In this document: positions 11,211-23,050 of the stretch, one piece after another | Numbering within the stretch: position 1 is the first letter of the stretch | Layout of the letters: each line of letters begins with the position of its first letter | DNA from: Klebsormidium nitens | Lineage: Eukaryota > Plantae > Klebsormidiophyceae | Assembly: GCA_000708835.1 (NCBI GenBank) | Contig: DF237119.1 | Coordinates: 98,364 to 162,363 of the forward strand | Reading direction: 5' to 3' | Length of the DNA: 64,000 nucleotides | Notes under the pieces: generated by a model | Databases searched by the model: none | What the model was told of the DNA's origin: nothing | What the model saw: the letters and a program-made list of their open reading frames with translations, nothing else | Translations under genes and position numbers: made by a program

Positions 11211-13573
11211 CTAGCCTCCCAAGGCTCTGGTGTCACGTGGTTCCGGAACCACCACGGTGGGTACCGGGCAGTGCTGGACCAGGTGGGAGCTCACGCTGCC
11301 CAGTCGGAAGCGGTTACTGCGCAACCGGGGAGGAGATTACCGTTAACCGACCAACCGGGGAGGAGATTACCGTGAACCGACCTCCCTCAACGGGTGACAA
11401 ATGGGTGGGCCAGAAAGAAGTAGTCTCAAAGTAGGCAAGAGCCTTGTGTCTGAACGAGCCAATAATCATCCGCAAGCGCAAAGAAAGCAAGAGAGATGTC
11501 AAATTGGACAAGAGTCAAGGGCTCCGCGCTCCTCTACTCTCGACCTAGGTTCCGTGCAGAGTTGATTATGGAGTTTGCTGGTCCAAATACCGTCGTGAAT
11601 GTGCCGAGGGATAGAACTTTGATTGCTACCCCGAGGCGCAAAATACAGGACCAGACTTTGTATAACCTTCTGTAAACAGCGCTTCCTTCCCGACGCTGTT
11701 TTGAGGTAGAAGGGGAACAAGGAAGACAGGCATCTTAAACCAAGTCGCCCTAAGCTTTTGGAAAGTACCCGTCCGAAGTCTGCAAGGTTCCTGATGAGCG
11801 GGTCGTCGAAGCTGACACATCATGTCGGAGACCTTTCTAAAAATCTGTTATTGTGCCCCTTACTTGTGGGGGGGTGTCGAGCTGTCGGCCGCCCCCCGGG
11901 CGCCCAGCACGACCATGTCAACGGGGTGCTCGCTGACGTACTTGCTGACCTGCTCCCGGGGATCCCCCACCACCACCACCAACTCGGTGCGAACCTGCGG
12001 CCAACATATCACGAGTCCGTGAACCCGGGAACTTGCGTTACCCTGGCAGTCGGTCCAGACTGCAAACCAGATTCTAGAAATCTAAAGCTTGTTATCTGCA
12101 GTGCGTCCATCATAGGACGTACTGGTTGGAGATCCTGAGGTTGGAGCCTCCTTCCGAAGATATTCCTCCCTCTCGTGTCACCCGTCGAGCAGTCCCAGTG
12201 GGGACTTCGTTCCATGCTTTCAACCCCATCCATTTACTTCACAGCAGGCTTGCTTCAGGCCCCGAAAAATAGACCACGGACGGAACGCGTGCTGATCGGT
12301 TGTCTCACGAACCACTTTTGGAAGCATGGTTTTCTCGCAGCGTCTCACCCCGGTGCTTGCAGCGCGCTCTTGAAAAACTTTGAGGCTCTCGCGCGCCGCG
12401 GCTTCGGACTGTCGGACGACCGCGGCCCGCTCCTCGGTGGTCATGTTTAGGATGACCGGGTGGTTAAAAACTGGACAAAGCAGATTAAAAGAGTCTGGGT
12501 TTACAGCTGGTTAGTGGACTTAAACCGGGTGTGGAAAATCCATTTCGTGGCTGCACGAGAAGAACCCGTGTCTCTGAGACAGAAGATGAGTAGGGAGAAA
12601 ATGGATTACTTTCGAGAGGGACGCTGCACAGGTCTTATGAAAATATATGGTCATCGATTTCTAAAGAAAGGGGAAAGGAAGTGCGAGGTTCAGGTCAGCC
12701 TCGAGAGATGTTGAATGACGTAAGCGCCGGGCAAGGCTTTGAGCCTGATAAACGCTTTGAAGAGGACTGCAACAGGCTCATTTGGCTGCACTTATAGAGG
12801 TTTGTACACTGCAGCCGAGCTTCTGAGTTGGTCATGCGCAGGGGCAGTCTCGAAAACCAGAGCTTCAAAGCTCGTCAAGTTCCAGAATGCCTAATCAGAC
12901 TTCCCCTATAATCGCTATTTATAGCATGTTTCTAGCAGGACTCTGGACGGATGACTAGGGTCTGTGGACGGCAGAGAAAGCTCTGAAGTGCGAGCGAAGG
13001 GGATCGAAGATGGAAATCTTAGTCTCGTGTTTCTTCTTGAGAGGCTTTCTTCGTTTTTCCATACTGATATTCGTACTGAAGGTGTCGAAAGAATCGCATT
13101 CATTGCCAGTACCACCTTGCAATACTGGAGACTCTCAGCTACTCTTCTCTTTTCAAAATACAGAAGCAACGATTAGAATCTTAAAACGTCGGAGAACCTG
13201 CAACAGCAGATAGCCAGGACAAACTCTCCTGCCTCCTCTGAGGGTTTGACGTTACAGCTGTCATCCGCGGGTCACGATTGGTCCAGTTACGCATCGAAAG
13301 TTTCCTACATTGCAGAGTCAGGGATGTCCTTTTTGACCTCCAATCTCGTTTTAAGGGGCCTGGAGTCTCACTGTTCAAGGGCTTGAGGGCGTGGAACAGG
13401 ATGACGCGATCCTCTGGGCCGCAGATGATTTTGTGCAGGGCAAAATGGAATGCCCGGTGGGAGTGCTCCGAGCCATCGATTGCGCACAGCACGGTGCGCG
13501 CTCCATGCGCGCCCTCGCGGCGCGGCCGCGCAGCGCTCGCCGAAGAAGCTCCACCAAACGTCGCCTCTGCCAT
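11211..13573 (-). CDS. Universal stress protein (UspA-like) paralog A
   Basis: Exons 13573-13372, 12470-12349, 11994-11864 and 11316-11211, intron phases 1/0/2. Motifs VLCAIDGSEHS, VVGDPREQVSKYVSEHPVDMVVLGARG and LGSVSSHLVQHCPVPTVVVP. Confidence 0.92.
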
Positions 13574-16435
13574 CGTGCTCCCTACCTGGCTTCGCTCCGC
13601 AAGGACAGAGATCCTGAAAGCCTTTCTCTCCTCAGAAATCCAGAGTTCAAAACGCTAAGAATCAAAAATGCATCAGGAAGGGATTTCGTTTTTCGTTCTC
13701 AGAAACTCTGCTTTTCAGCGGTCCTCTCCATTGATGATCCAGAAGCGGAGCCTCCAACAATGCTGCTCGAGCAAGGAGGAGTAAGCATTTTCATGCTGTT
13801 GTCCCTGCTTCATGATTCAAAGCTCACATTTAGTCAAACACAGGAAGACGAGGCTGCGCTCTCTTTGACCAAATCAGCGGCTCGAAGTCTTCGAAAGAGC
13901 CTGCATATGCCTCTTTCTGCCTGACCCTAATTGCCATGCAAAGCCCTCAGTGACGCGCTCTAATAAAGCTTCCAATCTTTTTTTCTTGCATGCCAACCTG
14001 AGAGGTCTTTAACGGGGCAATCTCATGACGATCGCGATGACTGTACATGAAAATCCGCGAAGTTTCGCGGTGGCGGAAGCTCCTCAAAATGCAGTGGGTT
14101 CACGTCGTCCCCTCAGACAGGGTTAGCTACCGTTCCGGCCGTATGTCGTACTCGCTGGCAGACAAACAGAGGCTAAGATTGGATGTGGTTAAGGGCGGAC
14201 TCTGGCCGGAACCTCTTACTTACCTTGGACAGAAAGGGGCGCGGTGGACCCCTGTTGACGCTTATATTCAGACGGTCCAAGATCTGGTGCAGGTGTCGAC
14301 GATCCGGATCAGATTGAGGTTAGGCATTCGTGAGCATCGGGGTGACGAATCAGCGCATCAAGGAGGAGACAAACACATGCCAGCTTGCGCATGACTCAGC
14401 TGTAGAGTTTCAAAAGCCCACAAGTTTGCGAGCGCTCTGCTCGAGCCCCTTACGTGCAGGCATACGATATATGGTCATGCTCGCGGAGGCTCGACCATCA
14501 GGACATGGCTTCCGAGTAAAGTTGTTGATCACGTATGCAGGCGTTGCAACATATGTACTTTTCTCAAGTCGCTTGAAAGTATGCTATCATAAGCATTTCT
14601 CACCGAATGACTCGGGCGCTAGGAAGTCGGCCGATTCATGGGCAGAAGCTCCTGCGGCAATGACTGCCGCGTCGGCCAAGTCCAGAGTGGAAGCAAATTT
14701 GGTAGTCGATGGTGGGCATGAAAGAGCCATCCGAGAGCTCACCAGTTTTGCATGTCACTTTGCAGATTAATCTTTCATTTACAACGCGTTCCAACCGGAT
14801 GGCCTACATTATCCACAATGATAAGGTCTACTGCGGTCGTTCCGACTCGCATATGCTAAGGTCCTCAAGTCTGATTATCATGATTTGACACGGCATGTGG
14901 GTGCGAGCCTCTGCCGCAATGCCACAATTAGTTCGAACCGAAGACCATGCCGTGTGATTGAAGCACCTCTCAAAACAAACGCTTCCCTAGCTCGCTTAGG
15001 AACGTTGCACCTCAAGAGAATCACACCATTTGAGTTCCCTGAAGTTGCACTAGAACACCAATTCTACTATCTCTGACTGGCCAAGCTTTCTGGCCGGCTT
15101 CCATCGCAGATGAGTATGCCAACCGCTTATGATAAATATGTTGCTTTTTCTTACAACATCCCAGCAATCCCCCCCTTTCCAATCTACTTGCCGTTTGTGT
15201 CGTAATTACTGCTGAAACCCTGCACGCGCGTATAAAGGAATGGGCTTAACGACTCCGACTTGGAGGATCAAGCAAGCTTGTTGGAGTACGGCCTCACGAG
15301 TTGCGGATTGTCGATCACCTGCCTCCAGATAAACGGCGTACAAATCTGGCTTTGCCTCAAAAAGTGAGCACGCATCTTCTGCAAGTCGCGTTGCCCAATA
15401 GCTGTCCGTTCGATCCAATCACTGTCCTAGAAGAAGTTAACTGAATAACTCGCGAGATGGAGAAAAAGAGCAGACTTCCTACAATCTCGTGCGGACCCAG
15501 ACAGCAAGAGTGGACGGAAAACGGATTAGGCAAGCGCAATGTGGGCCTCGGGTAAGCAATCGGGGAAACAGGCCTGCTCGAATACATGGCAACCACTCGG
15601 AGCGACAACTCTCGCCACCTAGAGCATGCCATAGCGTATTGCCTTTCGCCGGAAATCAGTGCATCCGGAATCCACAAGGACGGCGCCGGCATACAGTCCA
15701 CTATGAGTGAAATCTTCGAGAAGCAGATTGGCCGACCGGCTACGAATGCGACAGCAGAGAATCCACTCGGTGCACTAGACCCCAAGTACCTACGTGTTTG
15801 CTCAACTCTGTAGCAAATTTGGATTCCAAGATACTCGGTCGACACCGGAAGCAGAGGCTTGTCAACTTACTTCACTGGTTCAGATGGCATCTCCGCGTCC
15901 CAGTCCGGTGCCCAGCCGCCGCCCCTTGATGGTCTCGGTTACCGTCGTGTTCTGCTTCCCTCGTTCCGTCTCTTCCGTTTTGCGGCCCTCCGAGGGAACC
16001 GAGCATGCCTTGAGGGGAGTTTGAGGTTGTCTCGGTGTTGGGGCTACAAAAACGGACGAGGCTCTGCAACAGCCAACGTCTTCGCCCTGCTCTGCTTCTC
16101 CGCTGCTCAGCGCCCTCGGGAGGTTGAGCATGTCAGCCATTTCAGGTTTCCAACTTTGACTACGGTTGACAGGTGGAGAACATTCAAGGAGCGCTGATGG
16201 CGTACTATACTCGGAGCTGGTCGGTATGACTTCTTCCCCAAGACGAGAGCGACCGCGCTAGAATGACTTCCAGAGAGGTTATATGCTTGCTGACTGTCCA
16301 AGGGCCCGCGAACTACGCAACCCTGACCTCGGGATAAGGGCTTTCAGCAGCCTGATGTCCTTAGGCGACATCCGCTCAGATGCAAGGTGCCCCGCAAACT
16401 ATCTAGTTGGCTTCAATTGGGGAACCGCCTTCTAC

Positions 16436-18265
16436 TCAACTTGCCAAGTCTCGTGACTCGCCTGCACGGGAGATCACGCCCGTTGCAATAGTGCTTTGCA
16501 AGGCGTGGCAGTCCACTGAAGCCCCCTCGCTTCGACGTAGATTTCTGCAGCTTCCGTCTGCTTCGGCTCGGCTCAAGTTCCTGCTATTTTGCAAAGCCCG
16601 TAAGCTCCGTTTCACAGACCGACTTTGGAGGTTTTTTTCATGAAAGCACTTCTTGCAATATTGTCTCAGCCCGTCAATGCTTCCCGCTTTATACCAGTAA
16701 TCCTCGGCCGCCTTCAGTTGTTCGCATGCGTGACAAACCTTCTCCGACGGTACCCACGTGCCATCCGCTCGCCTTGTCACTATCACTGTTGCGCCTTCGG
16801 CCGCAAAGATCGGTCGCTCTTTCTTTGCCCGCCCTTGCACGTGCGGCCGCTTGCAATAATCCTCCGCCATGCAGGCCTGACACAATCTCTGCAGCCCCCG
16901 TTGGTTTCGGGGTTCCTTTTCAAAGAGGGTCTTGTCTTTTGTCTCACCGCAACAGGGACAGTATGCTTGCCCCTTGGGAACAACCGCCGCAAGGCGCCTC
17001 CGCGCTCGGGAGACCTGCGAGAGGCATCCCCGGCAGAGGTAGTGCACGCCGTCTGGGGACGAGCGCAGCTTCTTGAAGTCGCGCCGGCTGCGCAACTTCA
17101 GGCACATGGCACACAGCTTCTCGTGTTCAGTGGATGTCACCACAACCTGCAAGCCATTGCAGTTGACTGTTTTGGATCCCAACGGTTCCGAAACCAAAGT
17201 AAGGAAACTGGTGACTTCGACCACAGTCTATGTATAAGAGGCCAAATTATGACGCTGGCTCTCTACACTCGGATTGCTTGCTCTCCAGGAGAAACGAGCG
17301 CGCAAACGGTATGTAGTTAGCCACAGCTACTCGGCAACGGGCCAAGGACATGGCATACTGCATTGCAAACAAAAACTACGTCCGAAACAGAAGACTTCAT
17401 CTGCAAATGGTATGCCTCTAGCTTCTGAGCAACACAGTATAAGCCTTCCGGTGCCTTCTTGAGTTCCGCTTAGTGCAGGGAGCAAGGTTAGCATTCTCAG
17501 TAGCTTGGCTCACCTCTGACAACACTGCTCCAGGATGCACCTCATTCAACGGACGCACACCAGACTCCAAGGACAGCTCTTTGTTTGCAGCTGATACTGG
17601 CGTTGCCACTCTTGCCAGAGCTCTTGAGGAGCCCTTTTCACCCTGCACAACCAAAAGATCTGCTTGGTTCATCTACTTAGTGAACGTAATTCTTCCGATA
17701 AACCGCACATCGCCTGCCAAGACAGTGTCTGGGTTGTTTGGTTCAGAAGCTTGTTATAGAATCAGAACCATCTCTGGCTTCCTAGTGGGGCAATAGAAGG
17801 ACCGATCGCTGTAAGATAACTGGCTCGTCATGCTGTGTTCAGAGAAGTGCAAGAATCCGCGGACCCCCCTAAAACAGACCTTGCCTCCCGAGCTGGGAGC
17901 GGGAAGTATTCTGGATCAACTTGAGTTCGCTATCGGTCATCCAGGAGTATTTATGGCTCAACTCCTCCCGAGAAAAAGGATCAGCATTTGCCCACCCCGT
18001 AAGGTCACCCACGAAGGTTCATACTCCTGACTGAAGACTTCAAAGCGCTAATTCACGACGCCAAGCGCCTCACCGTGTGCTTTACATTGGCCCCCCTTTG
18101 CCCAGGCTTGTTTGCTTCTCTGGCGTCGTCGCTTGTTTGCTTTTGACGGCCCCCACTCCAGAGTTTCCTATCAAAGAGCGAGAGATGTCGGACAAGTGAA
18201 GGGCTTCTTTGGGGTGTCCTCAAGGCTGCTCTGCAGCCTGGCAAAAGTCTGAAGAAGAAAGCCAT
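16436..18265 (-). CDS. Triple C4 zinc-ribbon repeat protein, paralog 2 (possible mitochondrial presequence)
   Basis: Exon 1 is 18265-18074 (MAFFFRLLPGCRAALRTPQRSPSLVRHLS.., donor cacg|gtgaggcgct). The last exon is 17146-16436, 711 nt, the same length as in paralog 1, with CAMC..CRGC, CPCC..CQAC and CHAC..DGLRQYCKKC. An optional internal phase-0 exon at 17672-17514 is possible but has a weak acceptor. Confidence 0.8.
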
Positions 18266-19975
18266 CACTGTCACCGTGCTGTGTACACGACGAATTGGAC
18301 ATGAGCTAGGATATGTCTCGCTTCTCTGTGAACAAGCTTGCAACTGGCCTTTGGGATAGCAAGTACACCAGAAATGATACCAGCATGATACTTTCGTTCA
18401 TTGAAAGAGATTCACGTCTCTACCCAAGGCTTCATCCACGAAGAGCCCGGCTGACACAATTGCCTGCAAAGCGCCTGCACAAAGATTTATGCAGCTCGCA
18501 CGGTCCTGGCATCATGGATCTGTGGCTGACCGCTGGGATTCGGAACCTCCTTGCTCAGAGCTTCAAGTTCGTAACACTGACAGAGGGCTGACAGATTGCG
18601 CCTGCCCGTTTCAGTTGAGCGCTGGTTTGAAGTTGATCGAACACAAGATTTCCTTCACTTGCCCGCTTCCTAGCTGCTGCTTGAAAGGCTCGGCGATGAA
18701 TGGTGACGGTCACTGCTGATGACTTTGCACCGTCGATTATCCAGCTTACTTTCAAGGCTCTTATCGGACGGCTGCTGCTTCCGAATTCCATGTTTCAAAA
18801 TCGATCGACGGCTCGCAATGCTCCTCTTTGAAAGGGCACAAAGCCTGCCCCAGGGGATCCCTCGGTCGCAGGTCCAGGGCTTGAAAGTTTGCATGAGCAC
18901 TTTAAATTTGAGCAGCCGTTTGCAATATATCTAGAGCGGAACTCACAGCTGGAGAAGGTCCTCCACTATGGAGCCGAATGGGCTAGTACAATTGCCTCCC
19001 GCAATAGCATAGGGATCTGCCAAGCAAAAATATAAGCTGCAGTAACTTCGCCACTCATTTAAGAAATCTGCAAGTCAGCGCCAGCAAGTGGGCTTTCAGT
19101 GACAAAAACCCTTGCAGCAGATGACTTCAGAGATACAGTTGTCAGCTTCGGAAAAGGTTTGAAGAATTGTGAGAATTTTCGACAGCGAGGGCCCTTGCAG
19201 CCAGTGTGTTCCTCTCTGCACCGTCTTGTCATTGTGTGTGCTTTGGAGGTGCACATCAGTAATATCCCATAGGGCGTGGGCTCAAAGACCCCAGCGACTG
19301 TTCATGGTATGCAAGCTTGCAAGCTTCATGAAGACACGCACTAGATAATGAATGCTGATCCGAGATTACTTAGAAGTCGTGCAAATATAGCGCTCCAGTA
19401 AGGACGGCGAAATGCGCAATCTTACTGCATGCATGCTGGCAGTCTGGAAATCTATAGCAAATCTGCACGTTTTGGCAGATCCAAGAAACCAATTGCACGT
19501 GGGAGCAATGTTCACCGCCCATGAGCAAGTAGGACCCGGTGCATGGTGTTCACTGCAACAGTCAGGGGGTTACATACTTACTTTCAGCGGTTGGCATTAC
19601 ACGTACCTTTCACTACTGACTTTGAGAATCGAGTACACATCTCTACAAGACGCAGCTCGGAAGGTTTTTCGGCAATGTCAATCGGCTCTTCCGCGGTCAC
19701 AGTCAGGACCCAAGTCGTCGCATCGCAAGCGCTGGTTCCCGAATCCTCAAGCGCGGGACCTTTCAGCCACTTTTCAATTGAGTCCATAACGGTGCGCCCA
19801 TCTGGTCTCTTCCGCGGCACCCAACCTCTGACATTCATCTACAAACCTAACTCCCTTGACTGGTGTTCACAAACCTTCCAATCAGCAGCCTCAGAGGGCT
19901 GGTAAAATCTAGTGGTCTTCGAGAAGGACGCACTTGAAGCCGCGCGGCCCCGTTTGCTCCACGTTCCGTTTCCGT

Positions 19976-22351
19976 TCATGCGTACATGGGCGCCGTTCCC
20001 GCCTGGGGCACCACGGTCACCGGCACCGGACTGTTTGCCACCAAGTGGCTGCCGACGCTGCCGAGGAAGAGACTGCAACACAGGAAGGAATCTTCCTACT
20101 CCCATCATACAGTCTATTATTAGTAGTTTGGGGTAGAGTCAAGGGACGTCGACTGCCTGCTGACAGGTGACGAGATAATCGATTCGTTCAATATCCACCG
20201 ACTATTGTTCAAATAGCAATTTCGATAAGATGTCGCCTTTGTCAATTGGGCCCAGAATCACGTTTGGATAGTCTGCAGCCAAGCTTGATCCGCCCTGCAA
20301 AGCTGCTCCTTTCAACTACCAGCGTGCGGAGGAACTTGAAGGTCGAAGAGACCTAAAATGTATCTCGGATTTGAATGGGATTTCAGTTCTATCGAGCACG
20401 ATCATGTTTTTGCAACATCTTGCGGATTCGACGGCTTGCCTTCGGCAAGATGCTTTGATTCTTGACAGGAGCTCCAATCTGCTTGAACCCTGGCCAGGAA
20501 AAGTGTTCTCGAGAAGATCTCTAACTTCAAAGCTGCGGATAAGCAAAGACTGGATTGATCCACGGTAAGACAAGCACCGCAGCAAAAACCCAGTTACACA
20601 GCTGGGAGTAAACAAACCTGAGTTCGAAAGTGGATCGAGGAGGCTTTACCGCGCCACGGCGCTGAGGCCCCGGTTCCCGACCACCAGCATGTCCACCGGG
20701 TGCATCGCCACGTACTCCTGGATCGCGTCTGGGGGATCCCCCTCAATGATGGTCTAGTTACACGGAACCTGGTCGGGAGAGTCACACCGCGCAGTTAGAC
20801 GACCGGTTAGGCAACTGGTTGAAAACATGCAGATCGGCGCCACGTTGATTTGCGAGGGTCCGTTGTGAGAATGCTACGAAGAGTTTGAGAGAAGGGAACC
20901 GCAAAAGGAGTCTTTTGCTGGGGCCAGCCTCCAAACGAATGCAAAAGATTCGTTGCTTCTCCTTCACGACCCTATATTGTCATACGTTGATTCTACCTCA
21001 AAGCGCAAAGTTGAATGAAGTCTAAGCTCGAGGCCCAGATGAATTGAAGAAACGCGGGACGCCTTCTCGGCATGGCCCTGGGAGTGAGCATCCAACTTCC
21101 GAAGATCTGAGACTGTGAGCGCACCACATTCTAACTGCATAGAGAGGGGCTTCCAGTCTTCGTTCAAAACTGTCTGATCAGACCACCACAGAACTGGTAA
21201 ATTGGAAGACTCAATCCTTACTTTATCAAAAAGCAGCTTTCCCAAGTCTTCTTCCAGAAGGAGCGTTACAAGTGAGGAACAAAACTCATCAAAACGAGAC
21301 GCTATTCAGGACTCAGACGTTCATAAAAAACAGACGAGGCTCACCCCGGCAAGTTCGGACAGCTGCTGCAGCTCGTGTCGCGCTTCTTTGCGTCGCGCCT
21401 CGTCCTCTTCTTGAAGGATCCGCCGCTCGTGGTCGCTGTACACGGCCTCCTCGGCTGCGAAGGCGGCTGAAAAGATTCTTTCGCGTGAGCGAATCGTTTT
21501 GAGGGAGCTCAGTCGACCTTCCAGAGTTGCTCTCTTGAATCGGCAAAGACTTCCTCTGAACGGCTTGTAGAGTTGAGTCATAGTGGCGATTGGCCGTAGC
21601 TGAGGACATGATTGTGATTTGGGCCTTACGGCCAATTGACCGTAGTTCAGAGTTCTCAATTCAGTCGCGAGCCGATTTGAGCATTTCCAATGTGGTCCTA
21701 GACTGCTGAGTCGCAAAGCAATAGGTTTCTGTGATCAAACTGGTGATCAAATAAGGTGTCTTGGACCGAAAGTATACCATTGTCATTCTGAGAAAGAAGG
21801 GCCAACTGATCAAAGTTTTAGCATCAAGCTAGACACTATCATGTACCCAAATGATAATGAAGATCCAGATCTCATACCGGTGCCTGTTGTTGATTTGAAA
21901 TTCAAGTGTGTCGCACCTGCATCAGTCCCCAGCCCTGCCAACATCCTACATGAGCTTCTAAAGCATCGACCTGCTTCCTGCTACATTTATCGATATTCAT
22001 CAAATTTACTGAGCCAACATCTCACATTTTGCTAACCCCCGGTGCAAGTTTTTGCCATTCTGCTTCCAGAAAATCAGAACTGAAATCTGCTCGAAAGATT
22101 GTGTCCAACTCACGGTTCATGGGCTCAAAGGCCCGCACCAGAGTGACCCTATCCCCACGCTCCGGGTTGACCAGCGTCTCTCTCACAAACTTGAACGCCG
22201 CAAAGGACCCCTCAGAACCGTCGATCCCGCACACGATGCGCCGTCCGCCCGCGCTCCTGGCCGGCCGAACTTCAGAGGGTTCAGAGGTTTCTGCCTGCTT
22301 CTCTTCGGCTTGCTGCGCGGCCGCAGAAGCGGCGGGAATCGTGTCCGCCAT
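19976..22351 (-). CDS. Universal stress protein paralog B; in-frame TAG in exon 3 (pseudogene, or rescued by a shifted acceptor)
   Basis: Exons 22351-22114, 21466-21345, 20768-20650 and 20072-19976. Motifs IVCGIDGSEGS, VPCN*TIIEGDPPDAIQEYVAMHPVDMLVVGNRG and LFLGSVGSHLVANSPVPVTVVP. The TAG is at 20756-20754. Confidence 0.8.
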
Positions 22352-23050
22352 TTTGGTGGCGCCGCTCTCTGTGCTGCGCGCGTTGCTGCGCCTGTCGGGA
22401 AGCTACAACCTCGAAAGATTTTGCCCCATGCCTTTGAAAAGCGAGAGGCGAGGCACCGGGAGTCGAAGTGCCGTGGTCATTTGAGGATTGAATTCTCTTG
22501 GAAAAGCATCTTCATGGCTGAGCAGTTTGCTTTCAGTGGGCGGAGTTGAGAGCAGATTGTCCGTATGCAGGAATTCAGTTCTTCGGCCTCTCGCGGTGGT
22601 CTGAAACGGGAATTGGGCGATCCTGGCCGACGAGGCGTCGCAGTGTCCACGTCACAACTCGATTCCGTTCTGCTTCGTCACGCGCACAGCGAACCCCCAT
22701 GCGCAACGATCACCACTCTTTTGAAACCGACTCTGCATCAAGGTCGCTGGTTCGACGTAAGCAGAACGAGTGCGCCTCTTCCCGCAGGCTACACCACGTC
22801 AACTGTGCTGCGCCCACTGATTTTCAAAGTTTGAGCTTTTTCTTCCAAGACTAGGAACGCCCCACCAGGAAGACAGCTGTCTGAGGAGTCTGCTCTGGCT
22901 GACGCTGCGAGGAAGAGGGATGAATGTCCAACTGCAGGTCGAGCTTTGAGAAGCATGCTGCAGAGGTGTTGCTTTGAGAGCTTGCGTGAAAGTTAAGGCG
23001 GGCCTTGATCAACCCTCTAAGGAGCGCCTGCTCTTCAGAACCTGAGAAAA

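Noticed and set aside
14047-15845. Cluster of 60-160 aa ORFs between USP-A and zinc-ribbon paralog 2
   Set aside because: There is no codon bias like the real exons, no motif and no TIR/LTR. It could be a degraded element, but I cannot show that.
19500-19838. Short minus-strand ORF with a plausible donor and acceptor, downstream of USP-B
   Set aside because: The spliced product would stop almost at once and shows no homology I recognise.
22352-23050. ABRE or heat-shock-element-like words in USP promoters
   Set aside because: Only partial matches were seen, they were not shared across pairs, and they are expected by chance at this GC content.
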